A stretch of 64,000 bases of DNA, taken from contig JAVJSW010000077.1 of the NCBI GenBank assembly GCA_040219255.1, positions 1-64,000 of the forward strand, given 5' to 3'. The position numbers and the translations under genes are program-made. Shown here piece by piece: positions 20,368 through 29,980 of this stretch; the first letter of the stretch is position 1; each line of letters starts with the position of its first letter. Source of the stretch: Sumerlaeia bacterium. Its GTDB lineage: Bacteria > Sumerlaeota > Sumerlaeia > SLMS01 > JAHLLQ01. Under the pieces are notes generated by a model. It worked only from the letters and a program-made list of their open reading frames with translations, was not told where the DNA came from and made no database searches.

Positions 20368-20730
20368 CTAGCAAACCTGGCCAGCAACGTTCGGACCGGC
20401 GACAGTCCCGGCGGCGGTGCAAGTGCCGGCGCAGCCAAAAGTCGCCGGTGCGCAGGCCGCAGTAAAGTTCTGAGTACGAGATTGCACACGTCCGCCAGCA
20501 GCTCCCGAAGTTTCGGTACAGGAGCCCCAAAGCCCGGCGCAAGAACCTTCCAATGTTTGCGTCACGGAACCACATGACCCCGGCGCAACGAGGCAGCCCG
20601 TCATGCAATGAGATGTAGGTGACGGCCCACCCCTAACTGAATGCGCAGCACCCCCTGCCCGCCTGTGCGACGCCACCCAAGGCGAGAAGCAGGCCGAAAG
20701 TAAGTAAAAAGATGCCTAGTTCTGTTTCAT
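20368..20730 (-). pseudogene. Small secreted Cys-rich peptide, frameshifted (pseudogene or sequence error)
   Basis: GGAG RBS then ATG AAA CAG AAC TAG, in frame with a 9-Cys domain ending in Cys; the adjacent frame encodes signal peptide ELGIFLLTFGLLLALGGVAQA. Confidence 0.6.
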
Positions 20731-21016
20731 TTGAAGGCACTCCATGGTACGAAATTTTCTCCATTTATCCCAACTGGCGAAGGCTCTTGGAATTTTGAGG
20801 AGAATGACGCCGAGATACAGCGCGTGGAGATCGACGTCAAGCCCTTTTTGCGCGCCATTTCTTCTTTGCAGGCCCATCTGTCTCTCATGGCGCCATGCAA
20901 ATGAGACTTGCGCCTCAGTTTTGGCGATATCTGCACGTCTGTTCGCCGATGCCCAATTCGAGTCTGTCTATGTCTTCTGGCGGAACGGCCATCCTTTACG
21001 TTTTGCCGGTGATGGC

Positions 21017-22246
21017 TTAGGCGTCTGACGCCGTCTCGCTCGGCCGCACGTCGGCTTCGAGGAGCCTCACTGGCCGCTCGTCGAGCGGCAACGCGATTTT
21101 GAAGACGGTGCCTTCGCCGACTTCGCTGTCCAGGCCAAGGGCGCCCTGGTGGGCGCTGACGATGCGGAAGACGACCATCAGGCCAAGGCCGGTGCCGTGG
21201 GCTTTCGTGGTGTGGTAGGGCTCGAAAATCGCCAACCGGTCCTCTGGCGGAATGCCGCAGCCGTTGTCTTCGACTTCGATCTGGACGTGATCGGATTTCA
21301 GGGCGGTGCGAAGCACGATACGCCCCTCCGGTTTGTCGATGGCTTCCATCGCGTTCTTCGCGATGTTGAGGAGCGCCTGATGAATCTGCTCGGGGTCCAT
21401 CTGGAGCTTGGGCACCAGCGGATCGAAATCGGTGACGACCTCGATGCGGCGCTCTTCGCATTCCGGCCGGATCAGATCGGCGACGGATTCGAGGACGCTT
21501 CGCAGGTCGCACGGCTGCATGTTGGGATTGGCAGGGCGGACGGCGCGGATGAATTGATCGACGATGCGGGTCAGGCGGCTGATCTCTTCGAGCAAGACGT
21601 CGGTGCTGTGAGTCAGGCGTTGCAGATCCGGCGTCGGCTCGGCGTCGTCCCGATGCAGTTCGGCGCGGAAATTCCGGGCGGATTTCGAGATCAACTGGGC
21701 GTGGATCGTCATGCTGTTGAGGGGGTTCTTGATCTCGTGCGCGATGCCGGCGGTCAAAGTCGCCAGGGAGCGCATGCTGTCCATCTGGTGGGCCTCGGCG
21801 GCGCGGCGGTGCGTTTCCGTCTGATCGCTGACGATCCAGACGGCGTGGCTCAGGTGGCCCTTTTCGTCCTCGATGGGAACGACGGAAACCGCGTAAATGC
21901 GGATGTGGGGCGTGCGAATACGAATCTCGCGGTGCTCGACGGGATGGCCTTCGGCCTGGAATTCGTCGAAAAGCTCCTGTAGCGCTTTGACCCGAAGCAT
22001 TTCGCGGATGGGCTTGCCGGTGACTTTTTTCTTCTTTGTGAAGCCCAGAAGAGCCTTGGCCGTTTCGTTGTAGAAAACGAGCCGCCCCTGGCTGTCGACG
22101 ACCATGACGCCCTCGGCCAGACTGTCGAAGACGGCGCCGAGGAAGACTTTCTCGCGGACGAGCTGGGTCAGGAAGGACTCGATCTGTGGCGTATCGATAC
22201 GCCCGATGCGAGACAGGAATTTCGTGGCGAAACCGGTGCTTTTCAT
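21017..22246 (-). CDS. PAS-domain sensor histidine kinase (NtrB-like)
   Basis: AHEIKNPL, NIAKNA, DNGCGI, FEPYHTTK, GTGLGL. Confidence 0.93.
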   Translation of the reverse strand: MKSTGFATKFLSRIGRIDTPQIESFLTQLVREKVFLGAVFDSLAEGVMVVDSQGRLVFYNETAKALLGFTKKKKVTGKPIREMLRVKALQELFDEFQAEGHPVEHREIRIRTPHIRIYAVSVVPIEDEKGHLSHAVWIVSDQTETHRRAAEAHQMDSMRSLATLTAGIAHEIKNPLNSMTIHAQLISKSARNFRAELHRDDAEPTPDLQRLTHSTDVLLEEISRLTRIVDQFIRAVRPANPNMQPCDLRSVLESVADLIRPECEERRIEVVTDFDPLVPKLQMDPEQIHQALLNIAKNAMEAIDKPEGRIVLRTALKSDHVQIEVEDNGCGIPPEDRLAIFEPYHTTKAHGTGLGLMVVFRIVSAHQGALGLDSEVGEGTVFKIALPLDERPVRLLEADVRPSETASDA

Positions 22247-22368
22247 GGTCGAGTGGGTCGCGATGGGCCATTCTGGGATAGGGGGGGTGGTGTGCTGGCC
22301 TGATATTCGCCAACATCTTGCCAAGTATCGCCGCCCCGCCCCAAACCTTTTTCTCCGAGTTTTTCGCC

Positions 22369-23397
22369 ATGCCACTTCTTCGAAGTTTAGTCGTGATCGC
22401 CTTTTTCGCGGTGATGATGACGCTCCTGGCAAGGGACTACCTGATCCCCGAATTCACCGACGACGGCGCCACCGCCGTCAGCACCGACATGCTGGCCGAT
22501 CAATGGTTCGGCCAGGATGACTGGTATCGCATTTACCTCAACGGCAGCCCCATTGGCGCCATGCGCACAACCACCATGAATTCGCCCGAGGAGGGCTTTG
22601 GGGCGATCATGCAACTCGCGCTGCAAAACGGTCCGGTGAAAGGCAAACTGGAAACCGCCACCTTGCTAGACGATCGCCTTCAACTGCGCCAAGTCAGCGC
22701 AGCGGTGCAGATGCCATTCCTCGGCCAGGTCACGCTGGCCGGCGCCGTGACCGACAACAACAACGCCATTCGCCTGCGCCTGAAGAGCGATGAGGGTGTG
22801 CGCTACACCGAACTCGCTCTCGGCGGCCCCGTCACCGTGCCCGCCAGCATGGACCCGCTCTTTGTCGGCGACGCCATGGTGGTCGGCCAGACCTATAAAA
22901 TGGACGTCTACGACCCGGTCTTCGGAAACGCCGCCGGGCGTATGACCTTCGAAGTGGCCGCCATCGAGGACATGCGCGGCGAGGACGGCAAGTATTATCG
23001 CGGCCTGAAGCGCATCGACGCCCGCATGCAGAACATCGAGACCCGATACTGGGTCACCGACGAAGGCGTCGTGGTGCAGCGTCAGATCCGCCTGGTGCCC
23101 GCCAACGGCAACAAAAAGAAGGACGAAGTGGACGACGAAACCGACACCGGCCTCGGCTCCTTCCGCATCACCATGAAGCGCCTCGACCCAGTCATGGCGG
23201 CCGTCGAGTACGCCGACCTGCGGACACTGCCGGAGCTGCCCGACTATGAACTGAGCGAACTGCAAGGCGAAGACGAAGGCGAACCGCTGGGCCGCTTCAG
23301 CTTGATCGGCCTGCTACTCAAGGGTAAGGCGGAGTCCTTTGGCGGCGCCGAACTGATCCGCGAAATTCCGTCGAGCGCCTCACCCGAGGCGCCCTAA
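22369..23397 (+). CDS. Membrane-anchored hypothetical protein heading an ABC exporter operon
   Basis: N-terminal TM, beta-rich domain, 13 bp from the ABC ATPase. Confidence 0.7.
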   Translation: MPLLRSLVVIAFFAVMMTLLARDYLIPEFTDDGATAVSTDMLADQWFGQDDWYRIYLNGSPIGAMRTTTMNSPEEGFGAIMQLALQNGPVKGKLETATLLDDRLQLRQVSAAVQMPFLGQVTLAGAVTDNNNAIRLRLKSDEGVRYTELALGGPVTVPASMDPLFVGDAMVVGQTYKMDVYDPVFGNAAGRMTFEVAAIEDMRGEDGKYYRGLKRIDARMQNIETRYWVTDEGVVVQRQIRLVPANGNKKKDEVDDETDTGLGSFRITMKRLDPVMAAVEYADLRTLPELPDYELSELQGEDEGEPLGRFSLIGLLLKGKAESFGGAELIREIPSSASPEAP

Positions 23398-23410
23398 AGA
23401 AAGTCCCATA

Positions 23411-24232
23411 ATGCTGGAAATTCAAAACTTATCCAAGAACTACGACGGTTTCGAGGCCTTGCAGCCGCTCGACCTCCACATACCCCGGGGCGAATTCTTC
23501 TGCTTCTTGGGCCCCAACGGCGCCGGCAAAACCACCACCATCAAGTGCATCACCGGTCTCCTCAAGCCCACCACCGGCCGCGTCCTGATCGACGGCCGCG
23601 GCATCCTGGAAGACCCCATCGAAGCCAAACGCCTCATCGGTTACATCCCGGACACGCCCTACCTGTACGAGAAGCTGTCGGGCCGCGAATTCTTCCGCTT
23701 CATCGGAGACCTCTACGGCATCCCCCGCCGCGAGCAAAACGAGGCCATGGGGAAGTACCTCGAAATCTTCGGCCTGACCCACGCCACCGATCAATTGATC
23801 GAAAATTACAGCCACGGCATGCGCCAGAAACTCTGCTTCGCCGTCGCCTTCATGCACCGGCCCCGGCTGATGGTGGTGGACGAGCCGATGGTCGGTCTGG
23901 ACCCCAAGAGTCAACGCATCCTGAAAAACCTCCTCAAGGAATTCTGCGCCGACGGAGGAACGATTTTCCTCTCCACCCACCTGCTTGATGTGGCCCAGGA
24001 ACTGAGCGACCGCCTCGGTATCGTGACCCGCGGCCAGCTCCGGTTCCTCGGCACCACCGAGGACCTGCGCCGCCAATTGTCCCAGGAGCACGATCGGCGC
24101 CTCGAAGACCTCTTCCTCCAACTCACCGAGGAAGCGCAGGAGGACTCTAACATGAGTGCCTTCAAGACTTCCCCGCCCGGCATCGGACCCGATGACGCAA
24201 GCGAAGACCGTCGCATCGCCGTCGGCGAATAA
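23411..24232 (+). CDS. ABC transporter ATP-binding protein
   Basis: GPNGAGKTT, YSHGMRQK, VDEPMVGLDP. Confidence 0.93.
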   Translation: MLEIQNLSKNYDGFEALQPLDLHIPRGEFFCFLGPNGAGKTTTIKCITGLLKPTTGRVLIDGRGILEDPIEAKRLIGYIPDTPYLYEKLSGREFFRFIGDLYGIPRREQNEAMGKYLEIFGLTHATDQLIENYSHGMRQKLCFAVAFMHRPRLMVVDEPMVGLDPKSQRILKNLLKEFCADGGTIFLSTHLLDVAQELSDRLGIVTRGQLRFLGTTEDLRRQLSQEHDRRLEDLFLQLTEEAQEDSNMSAFKTSPPGIGPDDASEDRRIAVGE

Positions 24233-24280
24233 GCCCACTCCGCCTCCCGCACCTCGACCCCCGCAAAGGCTTACTCCTCC

Positions 24281-25999
24281 ATGGCCCACGGCTCCCTGAT
24301 TCTCCGCGCGAAATGGCGCATGGCAAGAAACAGCCTCAAGGGAATCCAGAAACACATGTATGTCCACCTGATGGTGGGCATGTTCGTTCTCCTTTTCTTT
24401 GTCGGTGGAGGCACCGGATTCTTCTATTGGCTGTTCGACTTCCTCATGCGCCAGGAGGTCTTCGGGCCTCCCTTGATGGACAGCCTCGTCGGCATTGTCT
24501 TTCTGGCGTTCTTTTCGATGCTGGTCTTCTCGAACCTGATCATTACGTTGTCGACCTCCTACATTTCCCGCGAAGTCGATTTCCTGATGAATCGGCCCAT
24601 TTCCTATGGAGCCATCTTTCGGCAAAAGCTCATCGAATCGATGCTGTACAGCTCATGGGCTTTCGCCTTCCTGAGCCTGCCTTTATTCGTCGCTTTCGGT
24701 GCGTCGCGCGATGTCGCCTGGTATTTCTATCCGATGGTTGTCGCGTTGATCGTTCCGTTCCTGCTGATCCCGGCCGCCCTCGGTGCGATGATTACCCTCG
24801 TCGTCACCGCCTTCCTGCCCGCGCGGCGGACCCGGACGCTCTCCCTCGTCCTCGGCATCCTCGCCGTCATCCTCGCCCTGGTGATGGCAAAGGCCCTGGG
24901 ACTCGGACGGTTGCTCGCCAGCGCCGACCAGAATTTCCTCCAGATCATGGCCCTCCTCGAAGTCGGCAGCACCCCCGTCCTGCCCTCCGCCTGGATGACC
25001 CGCGGCGTCCTTTCCATCGGCCCCGGTGTCGGCGATCCGGACTTTGGAGAGTATTTCTATTGGCTCGCCATGCTGTCCGCCACCGCCCTTTTCCTATTGG
25101 AAGTCAGCAGTTGGCTCGCCCCGAAACTGTATTTCCGCGGCTGGTGCCTTTCCAAGGACTCCACCAATCGCCAGGAAGTCGGCACCGCCGCCTCATCGCC
25201 GTTCGTCCTCGTCGACAAGTTGCTGGACAAAGTCATGCCCCGCCAGCTCGGCTCACTCTTCAGCAAAGACCTGAAAACCTTCTGGCGCGATCCGTCGCAA
25301 TGGACCCAGTTGGTCATTCTCTTTGGCCTGATGATTATCTATATCGCCAATCTCCGCACCGTCCGAAGCAATTCCGAAGCGGTCGAATTTATTCTGTCCG
25401 ACGACCGCTGGCGCACCATTCTGGCCTTTTTCAATCTCGGCGCCACCTGCTTCATTTTATCCATTTTGACAACGCGATTTATTTATCCGCTGTTGAGCCT
25501 GGAAGGCCGCGGCTTTTGGAGCGTCGGCCTCGCCCCCATGAAACGCACCGCCGTCGTCTGGCAAAAGTACGGCCTATGCCTGACCCTCGCCCTGCTCTTC
25601 TCCGTCAGCCTGCAACTCTTCAGCAACGCCATCCTACAGGTCGAACCGCTCCTGCGCGTGATTTCCGTCATCACCATCGCCATCCTCGCCCTCGGCCTCA
25701 CCAGCCTCTCCGTCGGCATCGGCGCCCTGATGCCCAACTTCAAGGAAGACAATCCTGCACGCATAGCCAACGGCCTCGGAGGCACCGCCAACGCGCTGCT
25801 TTCGCTCTTCTATATCGGTTTGACGGTGGCCACGCTTATTCTGCCCGTCAACATTTGGCGCACCGGCAGTTGGGAAGAATATCCGCTTTGGGCCACTTGG
25901 GGTTGGTTGTATATTCTGGTATGGATCGCCATTCAGGCCGCCGTCATTACTCTGCCAATGGCGTTTGGGTTGCGGCGGTGGAGGCGGATGGAGTTCTAA
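24281..25999 (+). CDS. ABC-2-type exporter permease (multi-pass)
   Basis: Many TM segments; KDLKTFWRDPSQW, LSLEGR motifs. Confidence 0.85.
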   Translation: MAHGSLILRAKWRMARNSLKGIQKHMYVHLMVGMFVLLFFVGGGTGFFYWLFDFLMRQEVFGPPLMDSLVGIVFLAFFSMLVFSNLIITLSTSYISREVDFLMNRPISYGAIFRQKLIESMLYSSWAFAFLSLPLFVAFGASRDVAWYFYPMVVALIVPFLLIPAALGAMITLVVTAFLPARRTRTLSLVLGILAVILALVMAKALGLGRLLASADQNFLQIMALLEVGSTPVLPSAWMTRGVLSIGPGVGDPDFGEYFYWLAMLSATALFLLEVSSWLAPKLYFRGWCLSKDSTNRQEVGTAASSPFVLVDKLLDKVMPRQLGSLFSKDLKTFWRDPSQWTQLVILFGLMIIYIANLRTVRSNSEAVEFILSDDRWRTILAFFNLGATCFILSILTTRFIYPLLSLEGRGFWSVGLAPMKRTAVVWQKYGLCLTLALLFSVSLQLFSNAILQVEPLLRVISVITIAILALGLTSLSVGIGALMPNFKEDNPARIANGLGGTANALLSLFYIGLTVATLILPVNIWRTGSWEEYPLWATWGWLYILVWIAIQAAVITLPMAFGLRRWRRMEF

Positions 26000-26009
26000 C
26001 TTAGCTCCG

Positions 26010-26519
26010 TCAATTACCCGCCGCCGCCCCCACATCGAACGTCGCCGAAGGCGACGAAGCCCCAGTCCCTGTCGGGCTTGCGAGGCGCTGTTGCAATCCA
26101 CTGACCAACTGCTGAAGCAGTTCGTTGTTGCTCATATCATCGAGCAGCACCCCAATTTTCGTTTGGCCCAATTGCTCCTCGATAAAGGTCAAAACGATAT
26201 TCTCGCCAGCCGGGGTCTTGGCTTCCAGCTTACCAACCCGCGCCGTGCCGCCGTCCGCCTGCTGCTCGGTTTCAGTCGATTGATTGACCAACTGATATCC
26301 CAAGTCGGCAATCAGATCTTTGCCGGCCGCGAAGGCCTTATCGAAATTGACGCTTTCGTTCATCGTAAAGGCCGACGAAAGTTCCTGGCTCGCCGACTTG
26401 ATAAAGTCACCGCCGGTGTACGGCGAATCGCCGCCTTTCGTGGCGCAGCCCGCCAGCGTCAGGCATCCGGCGGCGAATGCGCCGAACAGGAATTTACGCG
26501 TATGGAAAGATGAAAACAT
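26010..26519 (-). CDS. Lipoprotein (DUF3568-like)
   Basis: Lipobox LAGC. Confidence 0.65.
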   Translation of the reverse strand: MFSSFHTRKFLFGAFAAGCLTLAGCATKGGDSPYTGGDFIKSASQELSSAFTMNESVNFDKAFAAGKDLIADLGYQLVNQSTETEQQADGGTARVGKLEAKTPAGENIVLTFIEEQLGQTKIGVLLDDMSNNELLQQLVSGLQQRLASPTGTGASSPSATFDVGAAAGN

Positions 26520-26561
26520 GGAAGAGAGGCTCCTGAAGAAAATGCTCAGCCCACCGATGCC

Positions 26562-27011
26562 CTACCGCCCCCCGGGAAGCAACACAATGTCGCCACCCCG
26601 CTCCGCCACCGGATAGCATCCCACCTTGCCCGCGCCGAGCGGCATGCGGCCGTCCTCCAGCCGAAACATCCACCCATGCCACGGACAAATCACCACCGGC
26701 ACACCGTCCTCGATGGCCACGGCTCCGTCCTCCAGCGGCCCGTCCTGATGCGGACAGGTGGCCGAGACGGCGAAAAAATGCCCGCCTTGCCGGAAAATGG
26801 CGACCGCTTCGCCCGTCGGCAATTCGACCCGCAAGCCCCCCCGGCCTTCCTCAGGCACGTCGGCGGCCTTTGCCACGACCCGCTCTCCCCCGCCAGAGGC
26901 CGGAGCCAACGCGTCTGACTCAGCCATCACATCCCGAGCCAGGTCGTCGCGCGATCCCGTCTGACCCGGGCCCAGTTGGAACTTCGCTAACAAATCCTTA
27001 AAAAAAGACAC
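26562..27011 (-). CDS. Rieske [2Fe-2S] ferredoxin
   Basis: CPHQ and CPWHG motifs. Confidence 0.88.
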   Translation of the reverse strand: MSFFKDLLAKFQLGPGQTGSRDDLARDVMAESDALAPASGGGERVVAKAADVPEEGRGGLRVELPTGEAVAIFRQGGHFFAVSATCPHQDGPLEDGAVAIEDGVPVVICPWHGWMFRLEDGRMPLGAGKVGCYPVAERGGDIVLLPGGR

Positions 27012-27029
27012 GGCGGTCCATCCAGTCGA

Positions 27030-27731
27030 TCATGGCGTAGCCGGACCGGCATCCGGAATCGCGTCCGTGCCGCCCACCACCGTCCGCACCGCCATGTCGG
27101 CGAAAACGGCGTGCTCAAGTCTGTTCTCCCAATCGCCCTCGCCCCATGGGTATTCGAAATCCGCCGGGTAATCGGGGGCACTGGCGCCATAGAACCCGTC
27201 CTCGGCCCCCAGGTACAGATTGCGCAGAATCCACACCTCTCCCCCGTTCACGTCGCCCGAACCCCCGAGCGCACCCCCGCTGCTCAGCGCCGCACTATTG
27301 TATGCGTACCGGAAATTGTGAAAACGAGGCCATCCCCCCCGCACCGTCTCGCCCCCCGCATAGCGCCGCAGGTACTTCGGATTGAACAACATCCGCCAGT
27401 CGCCAACGTAACCCAAATCCACCAGCAGCCACGGCACCCCATCCCATGAACCGCCCGCCGCCGGACCGTTGCCAACCGCAACGAATCCCGCCGTGTGCGA
27501 CGGGAAAGGGCCCGCCTCGCGATCCGCCGGAGGGAACTTTCCGTAATCGACCGTATACGTCTGCAGCGCGATGGCGATCGTCCGCAAATTCGACGCATCC
27601 GACGACTTCAGCGCCCGCTCCGTCGCCAACCGGAAATTCACCAACCCGATCGCCGCCAGAATCGCCACGATGGCGACAACGACCAAAAGTTCGATCAGGG
27701 TGAAAGCTCGGCGCGGACACGGTCTTCTCAT
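27030..27731 (-). CDS. Prepilin-type N-terminal cleavage/methylation protein (type IV pilin/pseudopilin)
   Basis: RRA-FTLIELLVVVAIVAILAAI; ALQTYTVDYGKFP. Confidence 0.9.
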   Translation of the reverse strand: MRRPCPRRAFTLIELLVVVAIVAILAAIGLVNFRLATERALKSSDASNLRTIAIALQTYTVDYGKFPPADREAGPFPSHTAGFVAVGNGPAAGGSWDGVPWLLVDLGYVGDWRMLFNPKYLRRYAGGETVRGGWPRFHNFRYAYNSAALSSGGALGGSGDVNGGEVWILRNLYLGAEDGFYGASAPDYPADFEYPWGEGDWENRLEHAVFADMAVRTVVGGTDAIPDAGPATP

Positions 27732-27941
27732 AGCGCCGGGAGGTTAGCGCTGCCCAGCGCCGACCGGTCAACGCCATTTCCCCGCAGGCTTGAGGCGACG
27801 CGACTTGTCGTTTTTTATTCGTTTTATCGTTGACTTCCTTTCGCTTTTCGCTACCCTTTCGCCAGCTTCATCGCCTTCGCTTCGCTCTGCCAACCAGCAC
27901 TCTGCCACCCAGCCTGCCGCAAGAGGAGTTTCGCCACCCCC

Positions 27942-29654
27942 ATGATCAACCTGCTTCGCATCCGCGACCTCGCCCTCATCGACAGCCTCGATATCGAGTT
28001 CGGCCCCGGCCTCAACGCCCTCACCGGCGAAACCGGCTCCGGAAAGTCCATCGTCCTTACCTCCATCGGCCTTCTCCTCGGCGGCCGCGCCCAACCCGCC
28101 AGCGTCCGCGGCGGCGCCAAACGCGCCACCGTCGAGGCCATCCTCGACATCGCCGGCCGCCCCGGCGTCCAGCACTGGCTCACCGAGCAAGGCCTCGAAT
28201 CGCCCGAACCCAACGAACTGCTCCTGCGCCGCGAAGTCCTCTCCACCGGCCGCAGCCGCGGCTCCATCAACGGCCGCCTCGCCACCGCCGGTCAACTCGC
28301 CGACCTTGGCCGCCTGCTCGTCGAAATTCACGGCCAGAACGACCAGCAAAGCCTCCTCCAGCCCGCCCGCCAGCGCGCCCTCTTCGACGACCACTGCGTT
28401 TCCCAGACGCTCCGCCTCGCTGTCGCGGAGACCTACGACCGATACACCGAAGCCCGCGAGCGTTTCGAATCCCTCTCCGCCCAAGACAGCGCTTGGCGCC
28501 AGCGCCTCGACTTCCTCGACTATCAGATCCGAGAAATCGAAGAACTCGGCCTCTCCCCCGGCGAAAAAGACGGCCTCCTCGCCGAGCGCGAACGCCTCGC
28601 CCACGTCGACTCCCTCCAGCGCGGCGTCGGCGAAATCCTCGCCTGCCTCAGCGAAAGCCCCGCCGCCGAGCCCGTCGCCATCGACCTCGTCGGCACCGCT
28701 CACGGCACCCTGCACGACCTCTGCCGATACGACCAGGGCCTCGCCGATGTCGCCGAATCCCTCAATGAAGCCATGGCCCGCCTCCAAGACGCCTCCCGCG
28801 ACCTCGAAGGTTACCTCTCCCGCCTCGAAGGCGACCCGAATCGCCTCGCCACCATCGACGACCGCCTCGAAGCCATCAAACGCCTCGAACGCAAACACGG
28901 CTGCGAAGCGGAAAACCTGCTGGCCAAAATGGAATCCATGGCCGAAGAAGCCGGCACCCTGCGAAACCGCGACTCCCACCGAGACGAACTTACCGAGTCG
29001 CTCAACCGCCTCGAGCACGATCTGCGCGACCGCGCCCAGGCCCTCACCGCCGCCCGCCAGCGCGAGTGCGACCGCTTCGCCACAGAAGTCGTCCATCTCC
29101 TCAAAGACCTCTCCATGCCCGGCGTCCGATTCCAGGTCGCCCTTCTCCCCCACAAGAGCTCCGGCCTTGAACTCTCCGGCCACGGCGACCCCATCCGCGT
29201 CTCCCGCGAAGGCGCCGAGCAGATCGAATTCCTCATCTCCACCAACGACGGCGAAGACCTCCATCCCCTGCGCAAAATCGCCAGCGGCGGCGAAGTCTCC
29301 CGCGTCATGCTCGCCCTGCGCACCCTCTCCGCCGAAAAGGAAGCTGTCCCGGTCCTTATCTTCGACGAAGTCGACGCCGGTATCAGCGGCATCGCCACCC
29401 GCAGCGTCGCCGCCCGCCTCGCCGAACTCGGTGGCCGCCATCAAATCCTCTGCGTCACCCACCAAGCCGCTATCGCCAGCCAGGCCGACATGCACCTCGT
29501 CGTCAGCAAGAGCCCCCGGGGCGGCCGAACCATCACCACCGTCATCCCCGTCAACGGCGATCAGCGACGCCAAGAGCTGGCCCGCCTGCTCGACGGGGCT
29601 GTCAGCGACAAGAGCCTGGAACTGGCGAACGAGATGCTTTCCGCCAGCGCGTAA
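27942..29654 (+). CDS. recN: DNA repair protein RecN
   Basis: LTGETGSGKS, IHGQ, IASGGEVSRVML, IFDEVDAGISG, CVTHQ. Confidence 0.96.
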   Translation: MINLLRIRDLALIDSLDIEFGPGLNALTGETGSGKSIVLTSIGLLLGGRAQPASVRGGAKRATVEAILDIAGRPGVQHWLTEQGLESPEPNELLLRREVLSTGRSRGSINGRLATAGQLADLGRLLVEIHGQNDQQSLLQPARQRALFDDHCVSQTLRLAVAETYDRYTEARERFESLSAQDSAWRQRLDFLDYQIREIEELGLSPGEKDGLLAERERLAHVDSLQRGVGEILACLSESPAAEPVAIDLVGTAHGTLHDLCRYDQGLADVAESLNEAMARLQDASRDLEGYLSRLEGDPNRLATIDDRLEAIKRLERKHGCEAENLLAKMESMAEEAGTLRNRDSHRDELTESLNRLEHDLRDRAQALTAARQRECDRFATEVVHLLKDLSMPGVRFQVALLPHKSSGLELSGHGDPIRVSREGAEQIEFLISTNDGEDLHPLRKIASGGEVSRVMLALRTLSAEKEAVPVLIFDEVDAGISGIATRSVAARLAELGGRHQILCVTHQAAIASQADMHLVVSKSPRGGRTITTVIPVNGDQRRQELARLLDGAVSDKSLELANEMLSASA

Positions 29655-29673
29655 AAAATTTAGAACAGAGGGG

Positions 29674-29702
29674 TTGACATCCGCCCTCCGAATCGACACC
29701 TT
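29674..29702 (+). promoter_or_regulatory. Possible sigma70 promoter for tRNA-Pro
   Basis: Perfect TTGACA; weak -10 (CACCTT) at 17-nt spacing, just upstream of the tRNA. Confidence 0.35.
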
Positions 29703-29714
29703 TCCTGACCCCGT

Positions 29715-29791
29715 CGGGATGTAGCGCAGCCTGGTAGCGCACTCGCTTGGGGTGCGAGAGGTCGCAGGTTCAAATCCTGTCATCCCGACCA
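29715..29791 (+). tRNA. tRNA-Pro(GGG)
   Basis: 77-nt cloverleaf: acceptor CGGGATG/CATCCCG, anticodon arm CTCGC-TTGGGGT-GCGAG, T-loop GGTTCAAATCC, encoded CCA. Confidence 0.97.
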
Positions 29792-29794
29792 GTC
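29744..29794 (+). repeat. attL (3' part of tRNA-Pro plus 3 nt)
   Basis: cgcttggggt...cccgaccagtc, identical to 35871-35921. Confidence 0.95.
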
Positions 29795-29818
29795 TAAAGT
29801 CAACAACTCCAGGTTTCT

Positions 29819-29855
29819 AGGGGCGATGGTTCAAAAGACCTTCGCCCCTTTTTTC
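29819..29855 (+). terminator. Intrinsic terminator after the tRNA, carried by the element
   Basis: AGGGGCGA...TCGCCCCT stem followed by a T-tract. Confidence 0.75.
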
Positions 29856-29980
29856 TTGCCAAACGGGACGGTTTGAGACGCATTTGGACAGGCTTTAGTC
29901 ACCAGACGGTCACGGGTTTTCAAGGGTTGTGCCAAGAGTCCACCACTGAAATTCCAAGGTTTAGCACAAGGAGAACGCCA

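Noticed and set aside
20368-20676. RiPP (lanthipeptide/sactipeptide) precursor
   Set aside because: No modifying enzyme or double-Gly transporter nearby; a Sec-type signal points to disulfides instead.
20716-20730. TAG readthrough (pyrrolysine or recoding) in the Cys-rich gene
   Set aside because: Many genes here end in TAG, no pyl genes are seen, and the alternative frame gives a much better signal peptide.
17460-20800. Defined mobile element for the low-GC cassette
   Set aside because: No integrase, transposase or bounding repeats found by eye; only composition suggests horizontal origin.
27768-29783. 671-aa minus-strand ORF and the many other long antisense or alternate-frame ORFs in the track
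   Set aside because: Shadow ORFs typical of high-GC DNA; this one is antisense to recN and starts inside the tRNA.
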